Virus record (IMG/VR): IMGVR_UViG_3300012971_000018
Location: 32,001 to 96,000 of that record
DNA length: 64,000 bases
Direction: 5' to 3' (one strand)
Source: a virus
Shown here one piece after another: positions 1 to 8,577 of the stretch. Position 1 is the first letter of the stretch. Each line of letters starts with the position of its first letter. The position numbers and the translations under genes are program-made. The notes under the pieces are model-generated. The model was not told the DNA's origin and ran no database searches. It was given only the letters and a program-made list of their open reading frames with translations.

Positions 1-127
1 TCATATTCTGCTCCTTTCCTAAAGTGCAACTCCACTGCACCCGGGGGGTTCGGGTGCAGCAGGCTTGCGCTCTATGCTACTTCATATTGTGGTTTCTCCT
101 TTCCACGGCTCCGGTTAGCGAGACCGG

Positions 128-400
128 TTAGCCGACGTTTTCGAGCAGGCCGACGACCTCCTCGACGCTCTCCTTAACAGGGACCGCGCCTCCGTTCGGG
201 AACTCGACGCGGGTGCCGTTGCCCTCGGTCCGCGGCCGGACCGAGCGGATCGCGCCCGGGACGACGTAGAACGGCCGGGTAACCTCGGGCACCTCGGCCT
301 CGACGATCGTGGTAACCATCCGATCGTCCTCGCCCTCCTCGGTGGTGGTAACCGCGGCGCGAGCGTCGGACACGATCTGGGTAAGCTTAACGAACTTCAT
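128..400 (-). CDS. hypothetical phage protein
   Basis: 90-aa ORF, AAGGAG RBS upstream. Confidence 0.75.
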   Translation of the reverse strand: MKFVKLTQIVSDARAAVTTTEEGEDDRMVTTIVEAEVPEVTRPFYVVPGAIRSVRPRTEGNGTRVEFPNGGAVPVKESVEEVVGLLENVG

Positions 401-500
401 AAGATGCTCCTTGCATCTTCGGCGTCGGACAGGCCCGATCGCCGGGTGGGAACGCCACCGCGAGCCGGACCGTGTAGGTCCGGCCTCCGGTAGGGTCCGC

Positions 501-695
501 CTAGTCCTCCTTTGCCCAGATAAGGCTCGGGTCGCGCATTATGTCGGCGGCCGTCGGAGCAGCCTTTCTAGTCCCTTTGGTGGCCTCTTCCTTACGCGCG
601 GCATTGTCGGCCGCTCGTTTTAGTGTGCGGCCGATGGCCTTATAGAGGCGGTGCTCTGACTTTTCCGAGCGTCGCCGTGGTTTCTTGTATTTCAT
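501..695 (-). CDS. hypothetical basic protein
   Basis: 64-aa ORF abutting the upstream gene. Confidence 0.6.
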   Translation of the reverse strand: MKYKKPRRRSEKSEHRLYKAIGRTLKRAADNAARKEEATKGTRKAAPTAADIMRDPSLIWAKED

Positions 696-696
696 G

Positions 697-903
697 TCAA
701 TACTCCATTCCTCGTTCGGCGCGCTCGGCGCAGGAATTGCAGATGCCGTAGTCGGGGCGCAGCTTTACGCGCCGTCCGCACGACCCGCACTTCTTCCACA
801 CGCTCTCGCGCTGGACCTGCTTGTAGAAGTCGATGTCGTCCTGGTCCTCGATCTCGTACCAGCCGTAGTTGTCGTCGTAGAAACCGGGCATCTTAGTCTC
901 CAT
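697..903 (-). CDS. small zinc-ribbon protein
   Basis: CGSC...CNSC motifs. Confidence 0.75.
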   Translation of the reverse strand: METKMPGFYDDNYGWYEIEDQDDIDFYKQVQRESVWKKCGSCGRRVKLRPDYGICNSCAERAERGMEY

Positions 904-1624
904 ATTCGATCATAGCTTTACGCCAAGCGGCATTGCCTGGCGTAACAAGCTTCTGCTTCTGCTCCTCCCACCACCGCTCCTGGGCCAGCTTGCGCCACTG
1001 CTCGCGCTGTTTCGCAAGCCCCTCCTCCCGGTCCTTGCTCTTGCCCTTCTTGGGTTTGGGCTTCTGGGGAAGCTCCGCCATGGCGTCCAGCTTCGCCATC
1101 GCGACCGACATCGGCATGGCCCCGCGGGCCAGTTCGTGCTGGCCACCGTTTTTCTGCCGTCCCCGCCGTTCGATCTCGCGGTGGCTGGGGTTCTTGTGCT
1201 CCCACGAATGTTCGATCGCCGCGTCGAGGAACCGCTCGTCCAGGCCGTGGTCGCGGTAGCCCTTGCGGATACGATCGGCGTAGACCTTGGACGGCGGCAT
1301 AATCCCCGGCGAGGTCATAAGGTAGATTAGCGCCGGCCGACGCGCACCCTTCCACAGCAGGAGGATGTCCTCGGACTTGAAATAGAAACCGCCTGCGATC
1401 CCTTCGAACCGGTCCAGTTCCTGCTCGTCGCGGGCCGAGATTTCGTACAGCGCGCACGGGACCTCGGAGCCTGGGCAGAATTCCAGGTCCGCCACGCCGC
1501 GGAATACGAGCTTGGCGTTGGTTAGCATAAACTTGCCAAGCGACTTCGCGTCCGGGCAACGGCGGCGCATCGACGCCTTGTCGAGGTTGCCGCCGTAGGC
1601 GATGTAGAGCTTAGTCGGCTTCAT
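893..1624 (-). CDS. gamma-glutamyl cyclotransferase family protein
   Basis: YIAYGGNL and LDRFEG motifs; start reset to MKPTK (GAGG RBS). Confidence 0.85.
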   Translation of the reverse strand: MKPTKLYIAYGGNLDKASMRRRCPDAKSLGKFMLTNAKLVFRGVADLEFCPGSEVPCALYEISARDEQELDRFEGIAGGFYFKSEDILLLWKGARRPALIYLMTSPGIMPPSKVYADRIRKGYRDHGLDERFLDAAIEHSWEHKNPSHREIERRGRQKNGGQHELARGAMPMSVAMAKLDAMAELPQKPKPKKGKSKDREEGLAKQREQWRKLAQERWWEEQKQKLVTPGNAAWRKAMIEYGD

Positions 1625-2012
1625 TTCGTTCCTCGTTGAAGTACTCGGACAGAGCCTTAAAGTCGTCCGGGCCGATGCGGCCGAGATCGAACAGCACCTC
1701 GGCGAGGCCATCGTAGTCGCAGTCGTACACCCGCTTCATTTCGATGTACGTCTTGGGCTCGACGATCGTGCTGTTGTTGACGATTAACTGCCCGAGATTG
1801 CCATCGCGCTGCAACACCGGCTCGGTAACGCTATAATGGTGGGCCTGTCCCGCTCGGGTGTTTGCGGAACGCAGCCAGTCGTAGTCGCGGCCCTCGTGCC
1901 ACGTAAACCGCTGGCCCTTGGTAAGCACCGGGACCTTGTTCCAGTCTTTGGACCGGCGATCGGCCTGCGGGTTGGCGACGTCGCAGGTTAGTTCGAGAAC
2001 TTTCGTAGTCAT
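1611..2012 (-). CDS. hypothetical protein
   Basis: start reset to MTTKV, ATGA overlap with the upstream gene. Confidence 0.7.
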   Translation of the reverse strand: MTTKVLELTCDVANPQADRRSKDWNKVPVLTKGQRFTWHEGRDYDWLRSANTRAGQAHHYSVTEPVLQRDGNLGQLIVNNSTIVEPKTYIEMKRVYDCDYDGLAEVLFDLGRIGPDDFKALSEYFNEERNEAD

Positions 2013-2506
2013 AGTTGCACCTTTCGTTGGTTGGATACTGGTTCTCCGGTTAGTTGGTCGAAGCGCCACTGGCGGGGCGCGACCAGCACCCCGTCCTTCG
2101 GTGCGACCCGATGGCCCCACGGCCGGTTGGAGAGATAGACCCAGGCCGTAACCGGAAGCTGGATGTCGGCCTCGGCGATGTCGACCCGGAACGAGCGGCG
2201 CATCCGTTTGTAGAACCGCGGATGGCCTTCGAGCCGGTCGAGCGCGGCGAACGTCTCGCCGTCGACCTGCCAGATTTCTCCGGCGACGCGCCCGGACCCC
2301 AGTGCCAGCACAAATGGTGTATTGATCTTTGCGTGGAGCGAAGTGGGGTTGTACAAGAACGGAATTCCGCCGTTATCCGCAGAGGTCGTCATGCCATAGT
2401 TGGCGCCGTTCGACAGCGCGGTGCCGACGTACTTCGCCCCCTTAAGCAGATGGGAATTCCCTTCGCCGCGGCGAAGGGTCCCATACACGAATACGAGGTG
2501 GTTCAT
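2009..2506 (-). CDS. gamma-glutamylamine cyclotransferase (GGACT/AIG2-like)
   Basis: VFVYGTLRRGEGNSHLL and LDRLEGHP motifs. Confidence 0.9.
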   Translation of the reverse strand: MNHLVFVYGTLRRGEGNSHLLKGAKYVGTALSNGANYGMTTSADNGGIPFLYNPTSLHAKINTPFVLALGSGRVAGEIWQVDGETFAALDRLEGHPRFYKRMRRSFRVDIAEADIQLPVTAWVYLSNRPWGHRVAPKDGVLVAPRQWRFDQLTGEPVSNQRKVQL

Positions 2507-2736
2507 TTTTTCTCCTTTAACAATCCGATCTCGACCAGCCGAGCGATAAACCCGGCTTGGCTGCCTGTCCGCACGCGCTTCCCGGTTAGCCGGTAGGCGC
2601 GCACGGCCAGCTCGTTTACGAACATGTCGAGTGTCCGCTCCGGAGAGCGGGACTTGGCGCGCCAGAACTTAAGGACCGAGCGCGCCGTGGTCCCACTAAT
2701 CCGGGTGCCGTCTGGCGTAAGATACGTGCGCTTCAT
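2503..2736 (-). CDS. hypothetical protein
   Basis: ATGA-coupled on both sides. Confidence 0.7.
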   Translation of the reverse strand: MKRTYLTPDGTRISGTTARSVLKFWRAKSRSPERTLDMFVNELAVRAYRLTGKRVRTGSQAGFIARLVEIGLLKEKK

Positions 2737-3899
2737 CGGGGGTTCCTCCTTATGGGGGGATTGGGGCGGACAATGTCGGTCCCCGGGTAGTACCGGTTAC
2801 GCGCCGGATCGGTCCGCTCCAACGGGACCCGCTCCGCGGCTTCCGCCGCGGCGCGAGCCCGTCCGGCCTCGTCCTGGTGCGACGCGACCCGCGCCTTCCA
2901 GTACGCGCGATCCGCCTCGACCATTTCCAGCTTGGTCGCCAGACCATCGAGCGTAATTTCGAGCGGCAGCGCCTCGCCGGCATTAACCGTCGCCCGCCAG
3001 ACCATTCGGCCGCCACGCCGCAGGCCGGGAACCGGCGCCGCCGCGACCCCCATCTGCCGGAGCAGAGCAGGGAACGACGACCGGGTACCGCGGCCCAACT
3101 CGATCCGCAGTTCCTCGCCGGTTACGCCTTCCGGACGGGTAAACATCCGGTAGGCGGTGCGGTAGGTCTGGCGCGCGAATTGGGGCTCGACCACCGGGGT
3201 TAACCCGGCCTCGACGTCCTTTTTCGCCGTCGCCATTAACGCATGGCAGAAGTGGACCCAGGCGACGATCTTCTTGGCGTCGGTCGTACCGCTATGGTGG
3301 CGAAACTCGATCGTGCCGTGGTCGAGGTACGCCTTCCAGTTAAGCTTTACGAACCGGTCGACCCCGCCGCCGCCGCCTCGTTGCGGCATGGCCGCAATGA
3401 TGTCGTTAACGGTCGTGGCCCGACGCAGCCGGGCGATGTCCACACCCTGGACGGTCTTGCAGTAGCCATTGCCGGCCATCGGTCCACGCCTGCTCGGGGG
3501 CATGAACGTGTCCATAACCGGCTCGTACGCGATAAACAGTTCGGTTAGACGCCGCAGCGTCGCCACGCTCTGGTTCCGCGCATAGACATGGCAGTGCAGC
3601 CCGCACGTCCGGTTCGCGGTCGCACCCAGGCTGTTAAGCACCTCGCAGACGCGGTAGATGTCGTCGACCGCATGGAGCGGCGGGGACACGACCTCGTGGC
3701 TGGTGCGGCCCGCACCCGACACCGAGACGTCGGAGACCACCTTCCACTGGTTGCTGCGCTGGTGCGAGTAGCCGGCGTAAAAGCACGGGATGCCGGCGCC
3801 GTTAATAACGCTCGCGAGCCGGTCCCCGGTCATTATCCGACCGGCATTCGACGGCAGCAGACACTCGATCTCCACGCCAAAGTCGAGCGGGATCGTCAT
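2733..3899 (-). CDS. amidoligase (COOH-NH2 ligase type 2 family)
   Basis: FGVEIE, WKVVSDVS, EVVSPPL, TCGLHCHV, TIEFRHHSGT. Confidence 0.88.
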   Translation of the reverse strand: MTIPLDFGVEIECLLPSNAGRIMTGDRLASVINGAGIPCFYAGYSHQRSNQWKVVSDVSVSGAGRTSHEVVSPPLHAVDDIYRVCEVLNSLGATANRTCGLHCHVYARNQSVATLRRLTELFIAYEPVMDTFMPPSRRGPMAGNGYCKTVQGVDIARLRRATTVNDIIAAMPQRGGGGGVDRFVKLNWKAYLDHGTIEFRHHSGTTDAKKIVAWVHFCHALMATAKKDVEAGLTPVVEPQFARQTYRTAYRMFTRPEGVTGEELRIELGRGTRSSFPALLRQMGVAAAPVPGLRRGGRMVWRATVNAGEALPLEITLDGLATKLEMVEADRAYWKARVASHQDEAGRARAAAEAAERVPLERTDPARNRYYPGTDIVRPNPPIRRNPR

Positions 3900-3934
3900 G
3901 TGTAAACTCCCCTTTCCCTAAACCATACGAGCAG

Positions 3935-4000
3935 ACAAAAGGCCCGCGCCACCAGACCGGACAGCGCCTATGCGCCGCGTGCAGGTTTCGCGCGCGGGCC
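3935..4000 (-). terminator. GC-rich stem followed by TTTT upstream of the amidoligase
   Basis: ggcccgcgc 3941-3949 pairs with gcgcgggcc 3992-4000; minus strand continues TTTTGT. Confidence 0.35.
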
Positions 4001-4003
4001 AAG

Positions 4004-4323
4004 TAGGATTGCAGTGGTATGCTAGGTCTTTCGCCGTAGGCGGTCGCAGCGGGGGCGTTAACAGTTATCGCTGCGACCGGGGGCACTGTACCTCGCCCAC
4101 CCCCTCGGGATTGGTAGATCGGTCGATCGCTCGACCCTGTACCCTCTCCCACGCCTACGGCGGAAGACCTTGCAAATAGACAAACGGCTGTGCGCAACAG
4201 TGGTCGTTGGCTTTCGCTGCCACACTACGTGCCATCCGCCCTTCCCCCGTCGAGACGCTGCTCGATATTCGCTTTACCAGCGGGACTAAACGGATGCTCT
4301 CTTACGCCGCACAGCCAATCCTA
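4004..4323. ncRNA. candidate ~320-nt multibranched structured RNA
   Basis: nested stems 4004-11/4316-23, 4024-42/4152-70, 4041-51/4069-79, 4121-26/4131-36, 4186-94/4308-16, 4233-38/4291-96. Confidence 0.6.
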
Positions 4324-4453
4324 TGTCAGTTAATAGCAGTTCCGGGGACCAGCCACACCGAGCCAGTCGCGCCCGTATAGGTAACCCATATTCCGTTAAC
4401 GGAGTAGGCCAAGAATATCCACCCCGCAACCCGCGTCGCAGCCTTCCAGCACG

Positions 4454-4630
4454 TCATGCCAACACCACCTTTCGTTCGTTGTGTTTAAGAACAAAGGCGA
4501 CCGCGCCGATCGCGGCGGCCAAGCCGGCCACCATGACATCCGACGCGAAGACGCTTTCGTGCAGGTTGGGAACGCATCCCATGCAATCGCCAAGCTTTAC
4601 GCTGGCGTAGCTGGCCAACAGATATTTCAT
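4454..4630 (-). CDS. small membrane protein
   Basis: start MKYLL; hydrophobic VMVAGLAAAIGAVAFVL. Confidence 0.5.
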   Translation of the reverse strand: MKYLLASYASVKLGDCMGCVPNLHESVFASDVMVAGLAAAIGAVAFVLKHNERKVVLA

Positions 4631-4641
4631 GACGAACCCCC

Positions 4642-4854
4642 CTAAGCGGCCTTTCGTTCGGTATCGTACAGCGCGTCGAAGCGGGCCTTGCGGACCGCGT
4701 CGGCGGCGAGCGCCAGATGGTGGGCGGTGTCGCCGACCAGTGTCCAATCCCGGTACGCCAGCGTCTTGTCGGCGTAGGGGTCGCGGACCTTCCACGTAAT
4801 GCCGAGCCCCTCCAGCTCTTTCAGTTCGATTACGAGATTAGGTAACGTCGTCAT
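4642..4854 (-). CDS. hypothetical protein
   Basis: 70-aa ORF within the operon. Confidence 0.65.
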   Translation of the reverse strand: MTTLPNLVIELKELEGLGITWKVRDPYADKTLAYRDWTLVGDTAHHLALAADAVRKARFDALYDTERKAA

Positions 4855-4866
4855 AACATCCCCCGT

Positions 4867-5037
4867 TTAGGCGCCGTAGTAGTGGTCGGCGTAGTCCGGC
4901 TCCTCCTCCGCGAGGCGCGGCGCGCGCCGTGGATGGACCGGTTCGCCCAGCAGCTTGTGGAAATCCTCGAACCCGAAGTCCTCGGGCATTACGCCCAGGA
5001 ACTGTGGGCCACCTTCGTCGAACAGAAAGACGTTCAT
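4867..5037 (-). CDS. hypothetical protein
   Basis: start MNVFL after AGGAGG RBS. Confidence 0.65.
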   Translation of the reverse strand: MNVFLFDEGGPQFLGVMPEDFGFEDFHKLLGEPVHPRRAPRLAEEEPDYADHYYGA

Positions 5038-5060
5038 TTTACCCTCCTGCAATAAACAAA

Positions 5061-5125
5061 CGAGCCCGGGGGATCGAACCCCGGCCACATTCCAGCTAGC
5101 CTTCGCAGGGGGCCAACCCCGCTCG
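5061..5125 (-). ncRNA. tRNA-like small RNA candidate
   Basis: minus strand CGAGC...CCGGGG-TTCGAT-CCCCCGG-GCTCG: T-arm plus closing stem. Confidence 0.35.
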
Positions 5126-5176
5126 TGCTGCTGTGGCCGAATGGAGGACACCAGTCGCTCTGTAGGCTAAGTTGCG

Positions 5177-5200
5177 AGGACCCGGGCGAACCCGGGTCCT
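5177..5200 (-). other. perfect hairpin with UUCG loop
   Basis: AGGACCCGGG-TTCG-CCCGGGTCCT just after the 5207 stop codon. Confidence 0.6.
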
Positions 5201-5206
5201 AACGAT

Positions 5207-5431
5207 TTAGCCGGCGGTCTTTAACCACTTGCCGTCGCCGCGCTTGCGGTAGCGCTGGCCGCGGCCGAGACCGAGACCCATCCCGTAGCGGTAGTAGGAC
5301 GGCGGTGCCATGAACCCCCAGGGTCCCATCTTGGTCTTGCCGTCCACGAACTCGTTATCGATCGGGGCGCCGAAATCGTCGGTTGCCGGGACCGTTCCGA
5401 GCCAGAACTTTTCGACCTTTGCCTTTGCCAT
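5207..5431 (-). CDS. hypothetical phage protein
   Basis: start MAKAK with GGAG RBS; DGKTKMGPW...GLGLGRGQRY. Confidence 0.75.
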   Translation of the reverse strand: MAKAKVEKFWLGTVPATDDFGAPIDNEFVDGKTKMGPWGFMAPPSYYRYGMGLGLGRGQRYRKRGDGKWLKTAG

Positions 5432-5448
5432 TTGAAGCTCCCTTTCTG

Positions 5449-5538
5449 TTAGTACTCGTCGGTCGTGGCCCCGACGAACATGGCCGTAACAGCGAACACC
5501 GCAGCCAGGACCACAGCGACGCCAAGCATCGTGAACAT
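5449..5538 (-). CDS. 29-aa transmembrane peptide
   Basis: MFTMLGVAVVLAAVFAVTAMFVGATTDEY, read by hand. Confidence 0.5.
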   Translation of the reverse strand: MFTMLGVAVVLAAVFAVTAMFVGATTDEY

Positions 5539-5648
5539 TTGCTTCCCCAAGATCGGGGCGTTTCGCTTGGCCCCGTCGCGCGCTTGGCAAGCTCCGCTGC
5601 CAAGTCCGGCCGGCGGTTATCTCCGCCGGGTCCGCAGCACATCGTCTA

Positions 5649-5956
5649 GTGGGACTACCTTCGCGGCGATCCCACCAAGCTTTGTGTTGTTAGTCTGTGG
5701 AGTGTTGTCCCCGCCCAGCGGGTGGCCCAGGCTAACCCAAGCCACCGCCCCCTCCGGCCATTAACCGGTGTAGGGTCGCGGGGTTATTCGAGCGATCGGG
5801 GCACCGCTGCCCCCGGCCGCGTCCCCTCGACGCACTAGCCGACCTGCCGGTCGACCCCAGCCCTGCTAGTCGTACGCAAGGGATGGCTGGCGGATGTGGA
5901 GAGTACGCGGTCGGTTCGACCGCTTATCCATTTCCGGGGGACGATCGACAGAGCTT
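5649..5956. ncRNA. candidate structured leader or ncRNA
   Basis: stems 5649-54/5670-75, 5677-85/5948-56, 5798-803/5808-13, 5834-39/5865-70, 5907-13/5917-23; no credible ORF. Confidence 0.4.
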
Positions 5957-6210
5957 GCTAGGCTCGCAGGACCGTCCGTCGGTGCGCTTCCGGGCTTGCT
6001 TCGGGGTATCCTCTCCACCTGTCCCCGCTCCCGGGCGCTTCTTGCCTTTTTCCCCGTCGTACCTCGGGGGAGGGAGCTTTCCTGCCGGAGACCGCCGTAC
6101 TGGCGACCCCTCGGGGGGAGGCGCTGGAGAGGGTTCCGGCCCTCTGGCGCGTCGGGCGCTTCCGGGTTTCCGAAGTCTTCTTCTTGTTTCTCCGACTTCC
6201 CGACACCCGT

Positions 6211-6238
6211 AATATAGGCCCTCCTGACTAATATTCAA
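6211..6238 (-). promoter_or_regulatory. sigma70-like promoter for the leftward operon
   Basis: minus strand TTGAAT-N16-TATATT with AT-rich DNA upstream. Confidence 0.5.
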
Positions 6239-6273
6239 GAGGTCCAGGGGTGTTATTGATAATTATTTTAGTC

Positions 6274-6809
6274 AATGTTTCCAATGGGTTACGATGGCCG
6301 CACAGGTGTCGATTAATTCCCCAGCCTAGCATATTTTAGGATTAGATTCAAGAGCTTGCGCGAACCGGCCCGGGCGCCGGGAGGCCGTAGGAAGCCCGCT
6401 GGCGCGCCGGCTTTGCGACATTGGTATGTCGGATTGGCGACGTCCATAAAATCTACCGGTGGGCTTCCCTAGGGCCGGGGAGCCCTATATAAGGCGTTGC
6501 CATTCCCGGAGGGGAGCTTGCCTTCTGGCCTCGCAACCTTTGGCAGCCCCCATTTAACGACCCTGGTCCCGACGGACCGGGGTCGTTTTGTTTTCGGTCC
6601 CCGGTCCGGGGTGGTCCGGGTGGTCCCCCGTTTCCGGCGCATCTGGCTGGCTTCCGGCGCTATCTGGAAAGGGGGCCTTATCTACGCTTCTAAGTACTTG
6701 TAATCGTTTCCGAATTCGTAGAATCCCGGCGGGAAACCTCATTTTGCAGTTTCCGTACGGGAAATGCAGATGTGTAATCCCGGACGCCTGCTAAGCCATT
6801 GGAAACATT
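6274..6809. repeat. 18-bp inverted repeat (IHF-site-like) flanking ~500 bp
   Basis: aatgtttccaatgggtta 6274-6291 vs taagccattggaaacatt 6792-6809, 17/18 complementary. Confidence 0.6.
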
Positions 6810-6923
6810 AGGATGTGGCGGTGTGGCGGTTTGTGGAGGGTATGTGGAGAATGATGCGTTTCGGCCCAATTGCCCGCCTGGCGTCGCTTCGCTACGGGGA
6901 TTGCGGGGATAACCCGAGGGGGC

Positions 6924-6953
6924 TTTACAAAAACAGAATTGTGGGAGTAACCT
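6924..6953 (+). promoter_or_regulatory. possible rightward promoter
   Basis: TTTACA-N18-TAACCT followed by several hairpins (6963-7073). Confidence 0.3.
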
Positions 6954-7585
6954 AAAAAAGTTGGTCCCGACGACGCGCTAACGTCTCGGGACCCGGTTCG
7001 ATCGAAATTCGTTGAGGACGCCCGACGATCGAACAGCGCAGAATATAACGACTTCCCCTGCGCAAGGCAATGGGCGCGGCCCGGACTTAAGGTCCGACAG
7101 AGCCGAGAGTTACGTGCCTTAGCAGCCTGGGGGAGGTCGGTGCCCTCCTAAACAACAGCACCCGGAAGGCCGGTTCCGACACAAGGACACCGGCAGTACC
7201 TGCGGGTTCTTTACCGTCGCGGGCTGGATTAGTGGGTGCAGCATTCCCCGCCAGCTCCTGGGTTGGAACAGGGTTAAATCCCCACCAGCCCAACGGGTTT
7301 CCGACCTCGTTGTCCAATAGGGAGTAGGGCATCGATAATCCCACTAACATCGTCCCCCAAGAGAGTACGGGTATGGTTCCTGTACGGAGGGCACCGGAGT
7401 ACGGTCTTCGATACCAAAACGTGGGATAAAGCAGGTTTGCACTCTCTTGCCTTGGTTTTTCCGGTTTCTTTCAAGTTGGTCTAGCTTTGCCTTGGCTTTC
7501 CTTGCCTTGGCCTAGCCCAGCGGGAGGGGAGGGCAACGGAAAGGATAGGCTATGCAAGGATAGGTACCGCGCGAGGGAAACACCT

Positions 7586-7852
7586 ATGAACCAAGATGAA
7601 ACAATACGAAAGCACTACGAGCTACAGCAGACAGCGCTAAACGAGATATCGGAGCTAATAGCGCTACAGGACGAGAAAGGCTTAAGCAGTGGAGAGCTTG
7701 TCGAAGCAATCGATTTAATTACCGGATACGCTGCACAAGTGGACCTATTCAATCCCCACACCAAGCCCGAGGACCTCCAATTCCTCTCGACGTATAACCC
7801 CAACGTCGACGTGCTAATCCAGGCCAGGGAGAAGTTCCGTGACCGAAGATGA
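7586..7852 (+). CDS. hypothetical protein
   Basis: start MNQDE after GAGG RBS. Confidence 0.65.
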   Translation: MNQDETIRKHYELQQTALNEISELIALQDEKGLSSGELVEAIDLITGYAAQVDLFNPHTKPEDLQFLSTYNPNVDVLIQAREKFRDRR

Positions 7853-8099
7853 CATCGTGAAGGCCGTGTGCGCGAAGTTCCCGCATTTTGGCGGGGGCAA
7901 CGACACTGCAAGGACCCCTATCGCCGAAGCCTTTAAGGACGGGCCGCCCGTATTTGCCTTTGGGGTTAATGTTAAGGAGGTGGTCCACTTCGTTGTTGGA
8001 CAAATGTTCGAAGTTGTCCGGGAGTATGCAAATGAGCGGGATACGCACAGTCCTAAACCTGCTGCCGACGCTCGACCGGCCGGCGCTGGAGAAGGTTAA
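7839..8099 (+). CDS. hypothetical protein
   Basis: GTG start, overlaps neighbouring genes. Confidence 0.5.
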   Translation: MTEDDIVKAVCAKFPHFGGGNDTARTPIAEAFKDGPPVFAFGVNVKEVVHFVVGQMFEVVREYANERDTHSPKPAADARPAGAGEG

Positions 8100-8577
8100 G
8101 CAGCGCCTCGACCTCCTGCTCGGAGAGGCCGCCCCCGCCCCGCCGGTCGATGCCGTCGATAGCTGGCTTCTCGACGCGATCGAGAACCTGCTCGTGGCCC
8201 GCGGTATGCTTAAGGCGGGTACGCTGCGGCTCGTCGTGGCCGGCCCCAAGTTCGACCGGGCACGCCGAATGGCACAGCTCCAGCAGGACTTCCTAACCGA
8301 GAAGTTCCCCGTGCGGCTAACCCGGGCGCAAAAGGACGTTCTGGGATACTGGGCCGCGGTTGCCATGGCGGCTCTTATTACGGAATTTAACGCACCGGTG
8401 GCGGTGCGCACGATGCTAGTCAATCTGGATAAGGTGCCGGAGGCGATGGAGTGCTCGTTCCCTGGCTACTTGGCCTCCCAGTCGCGGTACCTGCTAATTC
8501 GGGAAAGGGAGGTAAGGAATGGACGAGCAGCTTCCGAGTTCGTTGCAGGAGAGCATCCTCGCGGTACTGGCCTTTGA
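8032..8577 (+). CDS. hypothetical protein upstream of helicase
   Basis: GGAG RBS; codon usage typical of this window. Confidence 0.7.
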   Translation: MSGIRTVLNLLPTLDRPALEKVKQRLDLLLGEAAPAPPVDAVDSWLLDAIENLLVARGMLKAGTLRLVVAGPKFDRARRMAQLQQDFLTEKFPVRLTRAQKDVLGYWAAVAMAALITEFNAPVAVRTMLVNLDKVPEAMECSFPGYLASQSRYLLIREREVRNGRAASEFVAGEHPRGTGL

